Part shown: positions 23,324 through 32,000 of the stretch, piece by piece
Layout: each line of letters opens with the position of its first letter
Numbering within the stretch: position 1 is the first letter of the stretch
Assembly (NCBI GenBank): GCA_963704755.1
Contig: OY969938.1
Span: 2,610,001 to 2,642,000, forward strand
Reading direction: 5' to 3'
Source: an uncultured Chloroflexia bacterium
GTDB taxonomy: Bacteria; Chloroflexota; Anaerolineae; Anaerolineales; Anaerolineaceae
Length of the DNA stretch: 32,000 nt
The notes under the pieces: model-generated
Database searches by the model: none
Seen by the model: only the letters and a program-made list of their open reading frames with translations
What the model was told of the DNA's origin: nothing
Made by a program: the position numbers and the translations under genes

Positions 23324-24823
23324 TTACTGTTTTTGTACTTCTGCTTCCTGGATGATGGGAACATCGGCCAGGGCGCTGCGGTCTTCTTTACCGCGCACGA
23401 ACGAGATCCCGGCCGCAATGATGACCAGCACCAGCGAGACCAGGAAAGCGTTGTGCATCCCGGCGACGAAGGCCTGCATCGGCGCCGAGCCCAGGCTGAC
23501 GTTGGTGCCGACGAACAACTGCATCATCACGTCTTTGGGCAGGCTGCTGGCGGCCACCGCCAGCGATAAGGCAAAGCTGGTAACCATACCGGCCTGGCGT
23601 AAGGTGGCCAGCGTACCCGAGGCGATCCCCAGACAATTCTTTGGTGAGGCGTTCATGACGGCGCTGGTGTTCGGAGGGAAGAACAGCCCGCCCCCAAAGC
23701 CCATGATGGCCAGGCCGGCGGCCAACTGCCAGTACGGGGTGGTGGGGGAGATGCGCATAAACCAGGCCAGCGCCACACCCTGGATCAACAGGCCAACGGT
23801 GGCAGGGATACGCGCGCCGATCCGGTCGGAGAGATTACCGCTCAACGGCGCTACGAAAGAGGTCACAATCGGCAGGGGAATCAGCAGCATCGCCGCTTTG
23901 AGCGGGTCGAACCCGCGTACGCCTTGCAGGTAAAACACGATCAGGAAGTTGACCGAGAACAGTGCCAGCGACTGCATCATTGCCGAGAGCACCGAGAAGT
24001 TGAAGATACGGTTGTTGAACAGCGACAGGTCCAACACCGGGTTCGTCGCGCGCCGTTCCCACCACAGGAAAACGATGATGCAGACCAGGAACACGAAGAA
24101 CATCACCACGATCGGGGTGGAGCTGAAGCTGTACTGGATGCCCAGGGTCAGGGCGGCCAGCAGGGCAGTGAGCCCGACACTGAAGCTGATGGCGCCGAGC
24201 ACGTCGAAAAACTCGCCGGCTTTATGCTGGGACATTTCTTTCAACGATATATAGCCCCACAGGGCGCCGAAGATACCCACCGGGACGTTGATGAAGAAGA
24301 TCCAGCGCCAGTCGGCGAAGGTCAGGATCACGCCGCCCAGGATAGGGCCAAGTACGCCCCCGATGGAAAAGGTAATGGCGTTGATGCCCAGGGCCTTGCC
24401 GCGCTCGTTGGCCGGGAAGACCTCGGTCAGCAAAGCCACGCTGTTGACCACCATCATGGCCGCGCCGCTGCCCTGGATAAGCCGGAAAATGATCAGGTGG
24501 GCGGCCGTGGTGGAAAAACCACACAACGCCGAGCCAACGGTGAAGATCACAAAGCCAAGGTTGTACAGCCGCACCCGGCCGAGCATATCGGCCACGCGAC
24601 CGAATGTCAGCAGGAAGACCGTGCTGATCAAGATATAGCCCATAATCACCCAGATCATTTCGATCAGGTTGGCGTGCAGCTTGACCATCATATCCGGCAG
24701 GCCAAGGATCACAATCGTGCTGTCGATCGAAGCCATCAGCGCACCGATGGTCGTTACGCTCAGGACGATCCATTTATATTCAACCACTTTACCAAATAAT
24801 TTATAAGTTTTGGTTGCTTCCAT
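23324..24823 (-). CDS. MFS transporter, DHA2 (EmrB/QacA-like, 14-TM) drug:H+ antiporter family
   Basis: 499 aa, hydrophobic throughout. Motif-A-like GRVADMLGRVRLY after TM2 and a length typical of 14-TM DHA2 members. Confidence 0.85.
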   Translation of the reverse strand: MEATKTYKLFGKVVEYKWIVLSVTTIGALMASIDSTIVILGLPDMMVKLHANLIEMIWVIMGYILISTVFLLTFGRVADMLGRVRLYNLGFVIFTVGSALCGFSTTAAHLIIFRLIQGSGAAMMVVNSVALLTEVFPANERGKALGINAITFSIGGVLGPILGGVILTFADWRWIFFINVPVGIFGALWGYISLKEMSQHKAGEFFDVLGAISFSVGLTALLAALTLGIQYSFSSTPIVVMFFVFLVCIIVFLWWERRATNPVLDLSLFNNRIFNFSVLSAMMQSLALFSVNFLIVFYLQGVRGFDPLKAAMLLIPLPIVTSFVAPLSGNLSDRIGARIPATVGLLIQGVALAWFMRISPTTPYWQLAAGLAIMGFGGGLFFPPNTSAVMNASPKNCLGIASGTLATLRQAGMVTSFALSLAVAASSLPKDVMMQLFVGTNVSLGSAPMQAFVAGMHNAFLVSLVLVIIAAGISFVRGKEDRSALADVPIIQEAEVQKQ

Positions 24824-24885
24824 AAAAATTCGCTTTACTCCTAAAGTATTTTTTTCCGTGAGTACTCAAGCTAGTCCGGTAATTA

Positions 24886-24942
24886 GGGGTGTTTTTATTG
24901 TTTTTCGCGTGCGAAGCACGCGAAAAACAATAAAAACACCCT
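24886..24942. repeat. Palindrome family P1 copy 2 (26-bp stem, GAA loop)
   Basis: gggtgtttttattgtttttcgcgtgc-gaa-gcacgcgaaaaacaataaaaacaccc. It is homologous to 8241-8303 with mirrored differences. Confidence 0.9.
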
Positions 24943-25039
24943 CTTTTTTGCGGTAGCTAAGTAATTACGTTTTTCCTATCAAGACGAACTGACTCATCAG
25001 ACTTTCTTGTCCAGGGACTACCCGGAGGCAAATCCCCGG

Positions 25040-25891
25040 CTAGATGACAACTTTGGGGTACATTTTGCTGCCGATCAAGATCAAGGCCGCTCCGCTGAGA
25101 ACGAGAATAAGAAAATCCATCCCGACCCCATACGTGCTGGTTCCGCCGGCCAGCATCAAGGCCCGCAGCGCATCCACCTCGTAAGTGAGCGGGTTGAAGC
25201 GCGAGATCACCTGAAGCCAGCCTGGCATCATGGAGATCGGGTAAATCGCATTGCTGGCGAAGAACAATGGCATGGTCAATACCTGGCCGATGCCCATGAA
25301 CTTTTCGCGGGTTTTGACGATGCAGGCGATAATCAGCGAGAAGGTGGAGAACAAGGCCGCCCCCAGCAGCACCGCCACCAGTACCCCGATCAAAGCCAGT
25401 GGGTTCCAATTGATCTTGACACCCAGGACCAGGGCCAGCAGGTAAATGATGATTGCCTGCGAAAGGCCGCGGATCCCGGCGGAGAGCGCCTTGCCTAATA
25501 CCAGCGCGGTCCGGGGGGTGGGGCTGGCAATCAGCTTGTGCACAATCCCCAGGTCGCGCTCCCAGATGATAGCGATGCCGTAGAAGATCGAGATGAACAG
25601 CACGCTCTGGGCTAAAATACCGGGGGACATGTAGTCGATGTAATTCAGGCCACCGGTGGGAATGGCCCGGCTGCGGGCGAGCACCTCGCCGAAGATCAGC
25701 AGCCACAATACCGGTTGCAAGGCGCGCGTGAAGAGATCGGTCGGCTCGTGGCGCAGCTTGCGGATCTCGAGCTCGACGATCACGAACGTCTTGCGAAAAA
25801 ACTGTCCGATCGAATTAAAGACATCCACCGGCCCCGCCAGGGTAGGGCTACCCCATACGGCGCGCGGTACGTCTTGTCCTTGAGATTTCAC
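25040..25891 (-). CDS. ABC-2 type transporter permease
   Basis: The start was moved to GTG 25891 (GCAGGAGGT 8 nt upstream), giving 283 aa with six hydrophobic segments. The track's upstream extension overlaps the ATPase gene out of context. Confidence 0.8.
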   Translation of the reverse strand: MKSQGQDVPRAVWGSPTLAGPVDVFNSIGQFFRKTFVIVELEIRKLRHEPTDLFTRALQPVLWLLIFGEVLARSRAIPTGGLNYIDYMSPGILAQSVLFISIFYGIAIIWERDLGIVHKLIASPTPRTALVLGKALSAGIRGLSQAIIIYLLALVLGVKINWNPLALIGVLVAVLLGAALFSTFSLIIACIVKTREKFMGIGQVLTMPLFFASNAIYPISMMPGWLQVISRFNPLTYEVDALRALMLAGGTSTYGVGMDFLILVLSGAALILIGSKMYPKVVI

Positions 25892-26645
25892 GATAGTTAC
25901 CTCCTGCTTCGAGTTCCGCTCCGGCATAGTGAGCGAAGACATCGTCGAGGGTGATTTCATCCCCACCGATCGAAGCCTTGAGTTCATCCGGCGAGCCAAT
26001 GGCCGCCAGTTTGCCCTCGTGCATAATTGCCACACGGTTGCACAAGAAATCGGCTTCTTCCATATAGTGGGTGGTTAGCAGGATGGTTGTGCCATACCTG
26101 GATTTAAGCTGTTGGATCTGTTCCCAGACGGAATTGCGCGCCAGCGGGTCGAGCCCGACGGTCGGTTCGTCCAGGAAAAGGACATAGGGATGGTGAAGCA
26201 TCGACTGGGCGATTTCCAACCGGCGGATCATTCCACCCGAGTAGGTTTTCACCAGCTTCCCGGCGGAACTTTCCAGGTGCATCAATTCCAGCGCCTGCTG
26301 GATGCGGTCCTCACGCTCGGCCCTGGGCACCCCGTACAGCTTGGAAAAGATCAGCAGATTTTCATAGCCGGTTAAGGCGCTATCGGCCGAGAGGAGTTGC
26401 GGCACGTAGCCGATGACTTCGCGTACCTGCCGGGCCTGGTGGACGATGTCGTAGCCGGCCACCCGGGCCGTGCCGCTGCTGGGGGGCAGCAGTGTGGTCA
26501 GCATTTTGAGCGTGGTCGATTTACCGGCTCCGTTAGGGCCCAGCAAGCCGAATATTTCACCTTCCTGTAAGTTAATGTCGATCTCGTCAACGGCGGTTAA
26601 TTCGCCAAATTGACGAGAAAGATGGTCGATCTCTAAGATGCTCAT
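25848..26645 (-). CDS. ABC transporter ATP-binding protein (DrrA-like exporter ATPase)
   Basis: 265 aa. Walker A GPNGAGKST, signature YSGGMIRRLEIA, Walker B LFLDEPTVGLD, and H-loop TTHYMEE. Confidence 0.9.
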   Translation of the reverse strand: MSILEIDHLSRQFGELTAVDEIDINLQEGEIFGLLGPNGAGKSTTLKMLTTLLPPSSGTARVAGYDIVHQARQVREVIGYVPQLLSADSALTGYENLLIFSKLYGVPRAEREDRIQQALELMHLESSAGKLVKTYSGGMIRRLEIAQSMLHHPYVLFLDEPTVGLDPLARNSVWEQIQQLKSRYGTTILLTTHYMEEADFLCNRVAIMHEGKLAAIGSPDELKASIGGDEITLDDVFAHYAGAELEAGGNYREISRTRRTARRMG

Positions 26646-26676
26646 ACTTTCGTTCGCTATCTTGTAAAGCCAGTGC

Positions 26677-27120
26677 TTACTGGCGATCGGTTACAAATAT
26701 GTCTTCCAGAATGGTCATGGCCGCGGAGATGGTGCCCAATTCTTTTTCGGATAATCCGGATAATTGGGCGGCCAGGTACGCATGGGTGCGTTGATTGGCT
26801 ATCTCGAGCAGCTCCTGCCCTTTCGGTGTGATTTTGAGGCAGATTCTGCGCCGGTCTTCGGCGTGACCTTCCCGTTGGAGCAACCCGCGATCCACCAGTC
26901 CATCCACCAGCTTCGACATCGAGGGCAGAGTCAGCCCAATATGACAGGCCATTTCCGAAAGGGACGTGCCCTCGTTATTTTTAGTAAATTTAAGCGATCG
27001 AAACTGCGGTACCGACAGGTCTGAGGATCGTTGTTTGCGGAATTCGGTTCGAATCGCCCGCATGACGAGGGGTACGACATCCAGTACCTGGCGGGCGGAA
27101 TCTTCAACAGTTTCTGACAT
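26677..27120 (-). CDS. MarR-family transcriptional regulator
   Basis: 147 aa. Winged-helix core (SLSEMACHIGLTLPSMSKLVDGLVDRGLLQREGHAEDRRRICLKITPKG). It is the first gene of the MarR / ABC / ABC-2 run. Confidence 0.85.
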   Translation of the reverse strand: MSETVEDSARQVLDVVPLVMRAIRTEFRKQRSSDLSVPQFRSLKFTKNNEGTSLSEMACHIGLTLPSMSKLVDGLVDRGLLQREGHAEDRRRICLKITPKGQELLEIANQRTHAYLAAQLSGLSEKELGTISAAMTILEDIFVTDRQ

Positions 27121-27250
27121 ATATTTCCTTATCTAATAGTTTCAAAATCAAATTATATTATTTAGAAACCATTTGTCAAGGGCCATTTTAAAAGTGACAG
27201 GGCGATAGCAACCTGCCTGCTTTTCGAGGGCAATTCCCCAAAGAATGGGT

Positions 27251-27295
27251 TTTTGAGTGTTATTGTGGGGCGTAGCCCCACAATAACACTCAAAA
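27251..27295. repeat. 21-bp-stem perfect palindrome centred on GCGTAGC (family P2 copy 2)
   Basis: ttttgagtgttattgtggggc-gta-gccccacaataacactcaaaa, in the divergent MarR/MCP intergenic region. Confidence 0.9.
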
Positions 27296-27619
27296 TTATC
27301 TCTCTGTTGGGACTAAATTGGCATGATGCGTTTGCCCTGTAAAAGTGATTTTGCGACCGCACATGGGAAAAACCCCGAATTTCGTTTTTTTTAGCAGAGA
27401 AGAGTGTTTTTTGGGAATTTGTAAATAAAACCAGAAGTTAACTTTTAATTTACGGAAAGTATTTCTTAAATAAGTATGATTAATTTAGCCGGTTTGTGTT
27501 AATTTTCTCAAGAAATTACAGACACCGGTTAAATTTGCCTGAGCTCAAAGGGCGTGTACAAGGGGATCGCTCCAATCCCTGGCTGCACATCGAAACCGAC
27601 CTTTTGAAGGAGAACTGGG

Positions 27620-29818
27620 ATGCAGGTCGATTACTACATTTTCATTGGGATTGTTGTGCTGGTAGCCGTACTGACTACCTCGGGTATGGTCTTGCTCTAT
27701 CGACGAGGAATTGCTATCCGGATGGCCGGGATAGTCGTGGGGATGACCGGGGCGGCTGCAATCGCCGGATTTATGTTCGGCAAACAGGGATTGAACCTCA
27801 TTTCTTTTTTGGTGGCGGCAGTGATTATCTTGCCGGCCTATTTATTGATGCTCCTGCTGCTGAGGCGAATTATTGTTCCTATTAAACAGGTTTCACAGGT
27901 TGCGCTTCAGATTGCCGAAGGCGATATCAACCAGGAGACCAATGTCAAAAGCTGGGACGAGATCCAGGACTTATTGACGGCCTTTGCCCAAATGCGCACG
28001 TACTTGCTCGGTATCGCCGCAACGGCCGAGAAAATCGCCGTCGGCAACCTGGCGGTAGAGGTCACCCCGGCCTCGGATCGGGATGTGCTGGGGAAAGCCT
28101 TCCTGGATATGACCCAGAATCTGCGCCAGTCGATCAACCGTGTGACCGAGAGCGCCGATACTATCGGGGCCGATTATGGCAAGATCTCGACCGCTTCTAC
28201 CCAGGCCAGCCTGGCGGTCGAAAAAATCAATTCAGAGCTGCAACAAATTGCCCAGGACACCTCCAAACAAATGAACGACCTGTCTGCCACGACCGAAGCT
28301 GTGGAGCAGATGATCCGGGCACTCGACGAAGTAAGCCAGGGTGCCCAGGAACAAGCCGGGGCCGTTTCCAAGGCGTTCACCATCACGTCTCAAATTACCC
28401 AAAAGGTTACCCAGATGGCTGAAAATGCCCAATCCGGCGCCAAGGGGGCTAACGAGGCAGGCCAGGCGGCTCACCTGGGGGCCAAGACGATCGAATCCAG
28501 CGTCAAGCGCATGGAACACATTCGCCAATCTACCCTCAAGGTGCAGGAAAAGATCGATTTGATGGGCCAGCGCTCGATCAAGATCGGCTCGATCCTGGAG
28601 ACGACCGAGGAGATCGCTTCGCAGACCAACCTGCTGGCCTTGAATGCGGCCATTGAAGCGGCCCGGGCGGGTGAAGCCGGCAAAGGCTTTGCCGTGGTGG
28701 CCGATGAGGTGCGCAAGCTGGCTGAAAAGTCGGCCAGGGCCACCAAAGAGATCGCCGACCTGATCCAGGGCATTCAAGAAACCATGACGGAAACCGCCAG
28801 CGCCATTCAAGAGGAAGCGGATGAAGTCGAGGCCGGGGCCGCGCAAAGCAACGAGGCCGTGCGGGCCCTGGACGGGATCATCCATACCGTGGACAGCATC
28901 GGCCAGCAGATGGGTGAGATTTCCCATTCGACCCAGGAAATCAGCGGGATTACCAACGCCCTCTCCACGGCCGTGGATACCGTTTCGGCAGTGGTGGAAG
29001 AGAATACTGCCTCGATCGAAGAAATTACGGCCAGTTCGGCGGAAGTGGAAACCGCGATCAAGAACTTCCAGGCTTTGAGCTTGCAAAATAATCGTTCGGT
29101 AGAAGAAGTCAGCACGGCCGCCCGGCAGGTTAATGAGCAGGTGTCGCAAGTGGTCAGCTCGATCCGCAACATGAGCGAGATGTCGGTCAACTTGCAGCAG
29201 CATGTGCTCAAATTGTCTACAGCCAAAATCAGCGGCAAGGTCAGCCGTGGGAACGCCTTGTTGGGACGGATCGATTTCGTCAAAGAAAAGTACGGCCCCT
29301 CCGCTTTTGAGCGGGTGCTGCGCCGGATGGAGCCGGAAGCCCAGCGCATCCTGCGCGGGCGCATCGACTCCGAGGGTTCGTATCCGCCAGAGCTGTTGGG
29401 CGCCTTTACCCACGCCATCCGCCTGGAACTGGCCGGAGGCAGCAACGATATTCTGCGCGAGATGACCCGCTTCCGCGCCAAACTGGATATCCAGCCCGGC
29501 GCTCCGCTGGCGCAATATTTCAAGCCGGGTGACCCGGGTTATATCATCCGGCGGATGGACCTGTGCCTGCGCTTTAACTGGGGCGAAGGTGTGGTGGTGC
29601 GGGTCTTCGACCTGGCCGCCAATCACGTCCGCATGGAAGTGGATATGGGCAAAAAGCAGCCGCGCGAACGCTGCACCTATAACCACGTGGGCTGGATGGA
29701 GGGGGTCATCGATGCTTCTGGAGGCATCCCGTACATCACCAAGACCAAGTGTATGCACGATGGCGCCCCTTACTGCGAGTACGACGTGCGCTGGGAGATA
29801 CAGAAAAAAGCGGCATAA
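27620..29818 (+). CDS. Methyl-accepting chemotaxis protein with membrane-embedded N-terminus, HAMP, MA domain and an extra ~200-aa C-terminal Cys/His domain
   Basis: 732 aa. AAGGAG lies upstream. Four hydrophobic helices without a periplasmic loop, a HAMP-like region, and the MCP hairpin core ([36 protein letters not shown]). The C-terminal tail ends ...[43 protein letters not shown]. Confidence 0.85.
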   Translation: MQVDYYIFIGIVVLVAVLTTSGMVLLYRRGIAIRMAGIVVGMTGAAAIAGFMFGKQGLNLISFLVAAVIILPAYLLMLLLLRRIIVPIKQVSQVALQIAEGDINQETNVKSWDEIQDLLTAFAQMRTYLLGIAATAEKIAVGNLAVEVTPASDRDVLGKAFLDMTQNLRQSINRVTESADTIGADYGKISTASTQASLAVEKINSELQQIAQDTSKQMNDLSATTEAVEQMIRALDEVSQGAQEQAGAVSKAFTITSQITQKVTQMAENAQSGAKGANEAGQAAHLGAKTIESSVKRMEHIRQSTLKVQEKIDLMGQRSIKIGSILETTEEIASQTNLLALNAAIEAARAGEAGKGFAVVADEVRKLAEKSARATKEIADLIQGIQETMTETASAIQEEADEVEAGAAQSNEAVRALDGIIHTVDSIGQQMGEISHSTQEISGITNALSTAVDTVSAVVEENTASIEEITASSAEVETAIKNFQALSLQNNRSVEEVSTAARQVNEQVSQVVSSIRNMSEMSVNLQQHVLKLSTAKISGKVSRGNALLGRIDFVKEKYGPSAFERVLRRMEPEAQRILRGRIDSEGSYPPELLGAFTHAIRLELAGGSNDILREMTRFRAKLDIQPGAPLAQYFKPGDPGYIIRRMDLCLRFNWGEGVVVRVFDLAANHVRMEVDMGKKQPRERCTYNHVGWMEGVIDASGGIPYITKTKCMHDGAPYCEYDVRWEIQKKAA

Positions 29819-29861
29819 ATAACCAGGGCTTGAGGGTACTACTCAGCTTCTAGAAAAGAAT

Positions 29862-29925
29862 GAGGTGGTTTGATTGTTTATCGCGTGTTTTTACGCGACA
29901 AACAATCAAACCACCTCTGTTTTTT
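29862..29925 (+). terminator. Palindrome (diverged P1 family member) acting as terminator for convergent MCP and pirin genes
   Basis: gaggtggtttgattgtttatcgcgt-gttttt-acgcgacaaacaatcaaaccacctc (one A/C mismatch), followed by tgtttttt. T-rich sequence also follows it on the minus strand. Confidence 0.7.
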
Positions 29926-29967
29926 GAACTGGATTAATCGGTTACGTTTCCGGATCGGGCAGATGGC

Positions 29968-30837
29968 TTACACCCGCACAAAATTGCCGTTGCGCAGATC
30001 CGTCAGGGTCTGTTGGATTTCTTCCAGGGTGTTCATGACGAACGGGCCGTAGGGGTAGATCGGTTCCTTGAAGGGCGCCCCGGTCATGAGCATGAAACGC
30101 ACCGGTGAAGCGGCGCCGGCCTGCACGCGCACCAGGTCGCCATCCTCGAAGACGAGCATGCTCAGCGAGCGGACAAACTTACCCTGGCCGTCCTCATCCC
30201 CGCCAAAGAGACCTTCGCCCTCGAAAACGTAGGCGATGGCGGTATGGCCGGCCGGGACCGCGACTTCGAATTTCTCGCCGGCATCCACGGTCACGTCCAT
30301 GTACAGCGGCTGGGCAGCGATCTGTTTGACCGGCCCGCTGATACCGCCGTACTCCCCGGCTACTACGCGCACCTTGACGCCGTCCTTTTCCACGGTTGGG
30401 ATGTTGCCTGAGCCGACCTCCTGGTAGCGCGGCTGGCCCATCTTTTGGGCGGCCGGCAGGTTGACCCACAACTGGAACCCGTAGATCGTTCCTTCGGGCC
30501 CGCGGCGGGGCAGCTCTTCGTGCAAAATGCCGCGCCCGCTGGTCATCCACTGCACGTCGCCCGGCCCAATCACACCCATATTGCCGATGCTGTCGCGATG
30601 ACGCACGTTACCTTCCAGCATGTAGGTTACGGTTTCGATGCCGCGATGCGGGTGGGTGGGAAATCCCTGGATCGGACCCTGGCGCGGATCGTTGAAGGCG
30701 AAATGGTCGAACAGCAGGAAGGGATCGTACAGGTTGGCCCGGCTGGGACCAAACGAGCGGCGCAAACGCACGTCTGCGCCTTCGATGACGGTCTGCGGCT
30801 CGATGATTTGTTTGATTTTTCGGACTTGAGTTGCCAT
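29968..30837 (-). CDS. Pirin-family cupin protein
   Basis: 289 aa. Metal-binding motif FPTHPHRGIETVTYMLEG...HRD and bicupin length. Confidence 0.9.
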   Translation of the reverse strand: MATQVRKIKQIIEPQTVIEGADVRLRRSFGPSRANLYDPFLLFDHFAFNDPRQGPIQGFPTHPHRGIETVTYMLEGNVRHRDSIGNMGVIGPGDVQWMTSGRGILHEELPRRGPEGTIYGFQLWVNLPAAQKMGQPRYQEVGSGNIPTVEKDGVKVRVVAGEYGGISGPVKQIAAQPLYMDVTVDAGEKFEVAVPAGHTAIAYVFEGEGLFGGDEDGQGKFVRSLSMLVFEDGDLVRVQAGAASPVRFMLMTGAPFKEPIYPYGPFVMNTLEEIQQTLTDLRNGNFVRV

Positions 30838-30880
30838 GGCTTACATTCCTTAGGGTAATATTCGGATAAATTATATCTAT

Positions 30881-30889
30881 ATTATACCA
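30881..30889 (-). promoter_or_regulatory. Extended -10 promoter (TGgTATAAT on the minus strand) for pirin
   Basis: The reverse complement of attatacca is tggtataat, about 43 nt upstream of ATG 30837, with AAGGAA as the RBS. Confidence 0.4.
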
Positions 30890-31020
30890 GATGGTTCAAT
30901 ATCAAATGATTGCGGACTGGGGCCAGCCACCTGGGCCAAAACCTCTACCGGCAACAAATCCAATCCTTTGCCCAAACGTTGGATTCTGGCATCGGCCAGC
31001 GCCGCGAATACGCAGGACTC

Positions 31021-31059
31021 GCCCTCCCCCCAACCCCTCTCCCAGAAGCGGGAGAGGGG
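31021..31059 (-). repeat. Solo family-C element (hairpin cccctctccc/gggagagggg plus G-rich tail, reverse orientation)
   Basis: gccctccccccaa-cccctctccc-agaagc-gggagagggg. It gives the typical spurious 'PLPEAGEG' ORF translation. Confidence 0.7.
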
Positions 31060-31115
31060 CTAAGAGCCTCAACTTCAACCGGCAATAGGAACAAATTTTG
31101 CTTGAAAGATTTTAT

Positions 31116-31149
31116 TTGACAAAGTCAATTAAATAGTTGATAATATCAA
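31116..31149 (+). promoter_or_regulatory. Promoter with overlapping operator-like palindromes upstream of the MarR-GNAT gene
   Basis: TTGACA (31116-31121), a 17-nt spacer, then GATAAT (31139-31144). The -35 lies inside the palindrome ttgac-aaa-gtcaa, and the -10 lies inside ttgata-a-tatcaa. Confidence 0.45.
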
Positions 31150-31176
31150 TTAATATCGAGATACAGGAAGGCAGCG

Positions 31177-32000
31177 ATGCAAAACGAAACAATCCACCAG
31201 CGGGCCGAAAAGGTTCGCGAATTTAATCGCTTCTATACCCGCCAGATCGGGCTGCTGGAAGAGGGCCTGCTGTCCAGCCCCTACTCTTTGACCGAGGCGC
31301 GCGTTATTTTTGAAATCGCCCAGCATGAAAGGGTCACGGCCACCACACTGGCCGGCGATCTAAAACTGGATCCCGGCTATTTGAGCCGCATCCTCCAAAA
31401 ATTCACCCGCCTGGGGCTGATCGAGAAGACGCCCTCCCAGTCGGATGGGCGGCAAAGCGATTTGTCTTTAAACGCAGAAGGACAGGCCGCTTTTGGCCAG
31501 CTCAATTCTCGTTCCCAGGCCCAAATCGAGGCCATGCTGGCCGGGCTGGACGCGCCATCCCAGGAGCGCCTGGTCGCGGCGATGACGACGATTATGCGGC
31601 TTGCGGGCGCTGGTCCAGAACAGAAGGTGCCTTATATCCTGCGCCCGCCCCAACCGGGTGACCTGGGCTGGGTCGTTCAACGCCATGGGGCGCTATATTC
31701 ACAGGAATATAAGTGGAATGAGGAATTTGAAGGGCTGGTGGCCGAAATTGTGGCCCACTACATACAAAACTATGATCCCCAGCGAGAGCGCTGTTGGATC
31801 GCTGAACGCGAAGGTGAAAACGCCGGCTCAGTATTCCTGGTCAAGCAAAGCGAGACGGTCGCCAAGCTGCGCCTGTTACTGGTCGAGCCTTCGGCCCGCG
31901 GCTTGGGGATAGGCTCCAGGCTGGTGGCAGAATGTATTCAATTTGCCCGCCAGGCGGGCTACCAGAAGATAACCCTGTGGACCAACAGTGTGCTGGTGGC
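31177..32000 (+). CDS. MarR-type HTH fused to a GNAT acetyltransferase (3' end runs off the window)
   Basis: My own translation from ATG 31177 (AGGAAGG upstream): MQNETIHQRAEKVREFNRFYTRQIGLLEEGLLSSPYSLTEARVIFEIAQHERVTATTLAGDLKLDPGYLSRILQKFTRLGLIEKT... followed by ...VAKLRLLLVEPSARGLGIGSRLVAECIQFARQAGYQKITLWTN (GNAT motif A). It is open to base 32000 and absent from the ORF track. Confidence 0.8.
   Translation, partial: MQNETIHQRAEKVREFNRFYTRQIGLLEEGLLSSPYSLTEARVIFEIAQHERVTATTLAGDLKLDPGYLSRILQKFTRLGLIEKTPSQSDGRQSDLSLNAEGQAAFGQLNSRSQAQIEAMLAGLDAPSQERLVAAMTTIMRLAGAGPEQKVPYILRPPQPGDLGWVVQRHGALYSQEYKWNEEFEGLVAEIVAHYIQNYDPQRERCWIAEREGENAGSVFLVKQSETVAKLRLLLVEPSARGLGIGSRLVAECIQFARQAGYQKITLWTNSVLV

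Noticed and set aside
28232-29758. Long antisense ORFs inside genes, including 508 aa opposite the MCP, 16218-17036, 17679-18485, 23924-24799, 24957-25706 and 8615-9191
   Set aside because: These are shadow ORFs typical of GC-rich coding DNA. Their translations are Arg/Gly/His/Gln-rich with no motifs, while the opposite strand carries clear family signatures.

Overview
GC-rich bacterial chromosomal window with AT-rich intergenic islands. The gene content (SpoVS-like protein, many NarL/GGDEF/MCP signalling genes, leaderless-looking promoters) fits a Chloroflexota-like or other Terrabacteria genome, but the taxon cannot be established from sequence alone.

I support about 25 protein genes, all housekeeping, transport or signalling:
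- ClC channel (partial, not in the ORF track)
- DsbA-like oxidoreductase translationally coupled to a deoxynucleoside kinase
- SpoVS
- A minus-strand run: nucleotidyltransferase, second deoxynucleoside kinase, CelD-like GNAT, ferredoxin, Mrp/NBP35, SAM methyltransferase, proline iminopeptidase, REC-GAF-GGDEF regulator, a frameshifted histidine kinase, HAD hydrolase
- NDH-2
- A CHASE-GAF NarL-type two-component pair
- An orphan Cys-rich lipoprotein
- MFS exporter
- MarR / ABC ATPase / ABC-2 permease
- An MCP with an extra C-terminal domain
- Pirin
- A MarR-GNAT fusion (partial, not in the ORF track)

I see no rRNA, tRNA, CRISPR, transposase, integrase or recognisable defence genes.

The unusual content is non-coding:
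1. A 940-bp gene-free gap (4002-4940) holds four perfect and several 8/9 DnaA boxes, an AT-rich tract and a 40-bp perfect palindrome. It is a candidate oriC or DnaA-binding locus with no dnaA/dnaN nearby.
2. A ~970-bp mosaic array (20170-21137) contains eight head-to-head hairpin doublets carrying the GTAG/CTAC tetranucleotide typical of REP elements. This is a BIME-like architecture.
3. Seven tandem 162/168-bp structured repeats (22060-23225) lie on the other side of the same lipoprotein gene.
4. Two REPIN-like GTAG-hairpin doublets lie at 15.2 and 15.6 kb.
5. Several families of very long perfect palindromes (up to a 30-bp stem) show mirrored (compensatory) differences between copies.

None of this amounts to a demonstrable new protein-based system. 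The most defensible novelty is the REP/BIME-like repeat biology and the dnaA-distal DnaA-box cluster.
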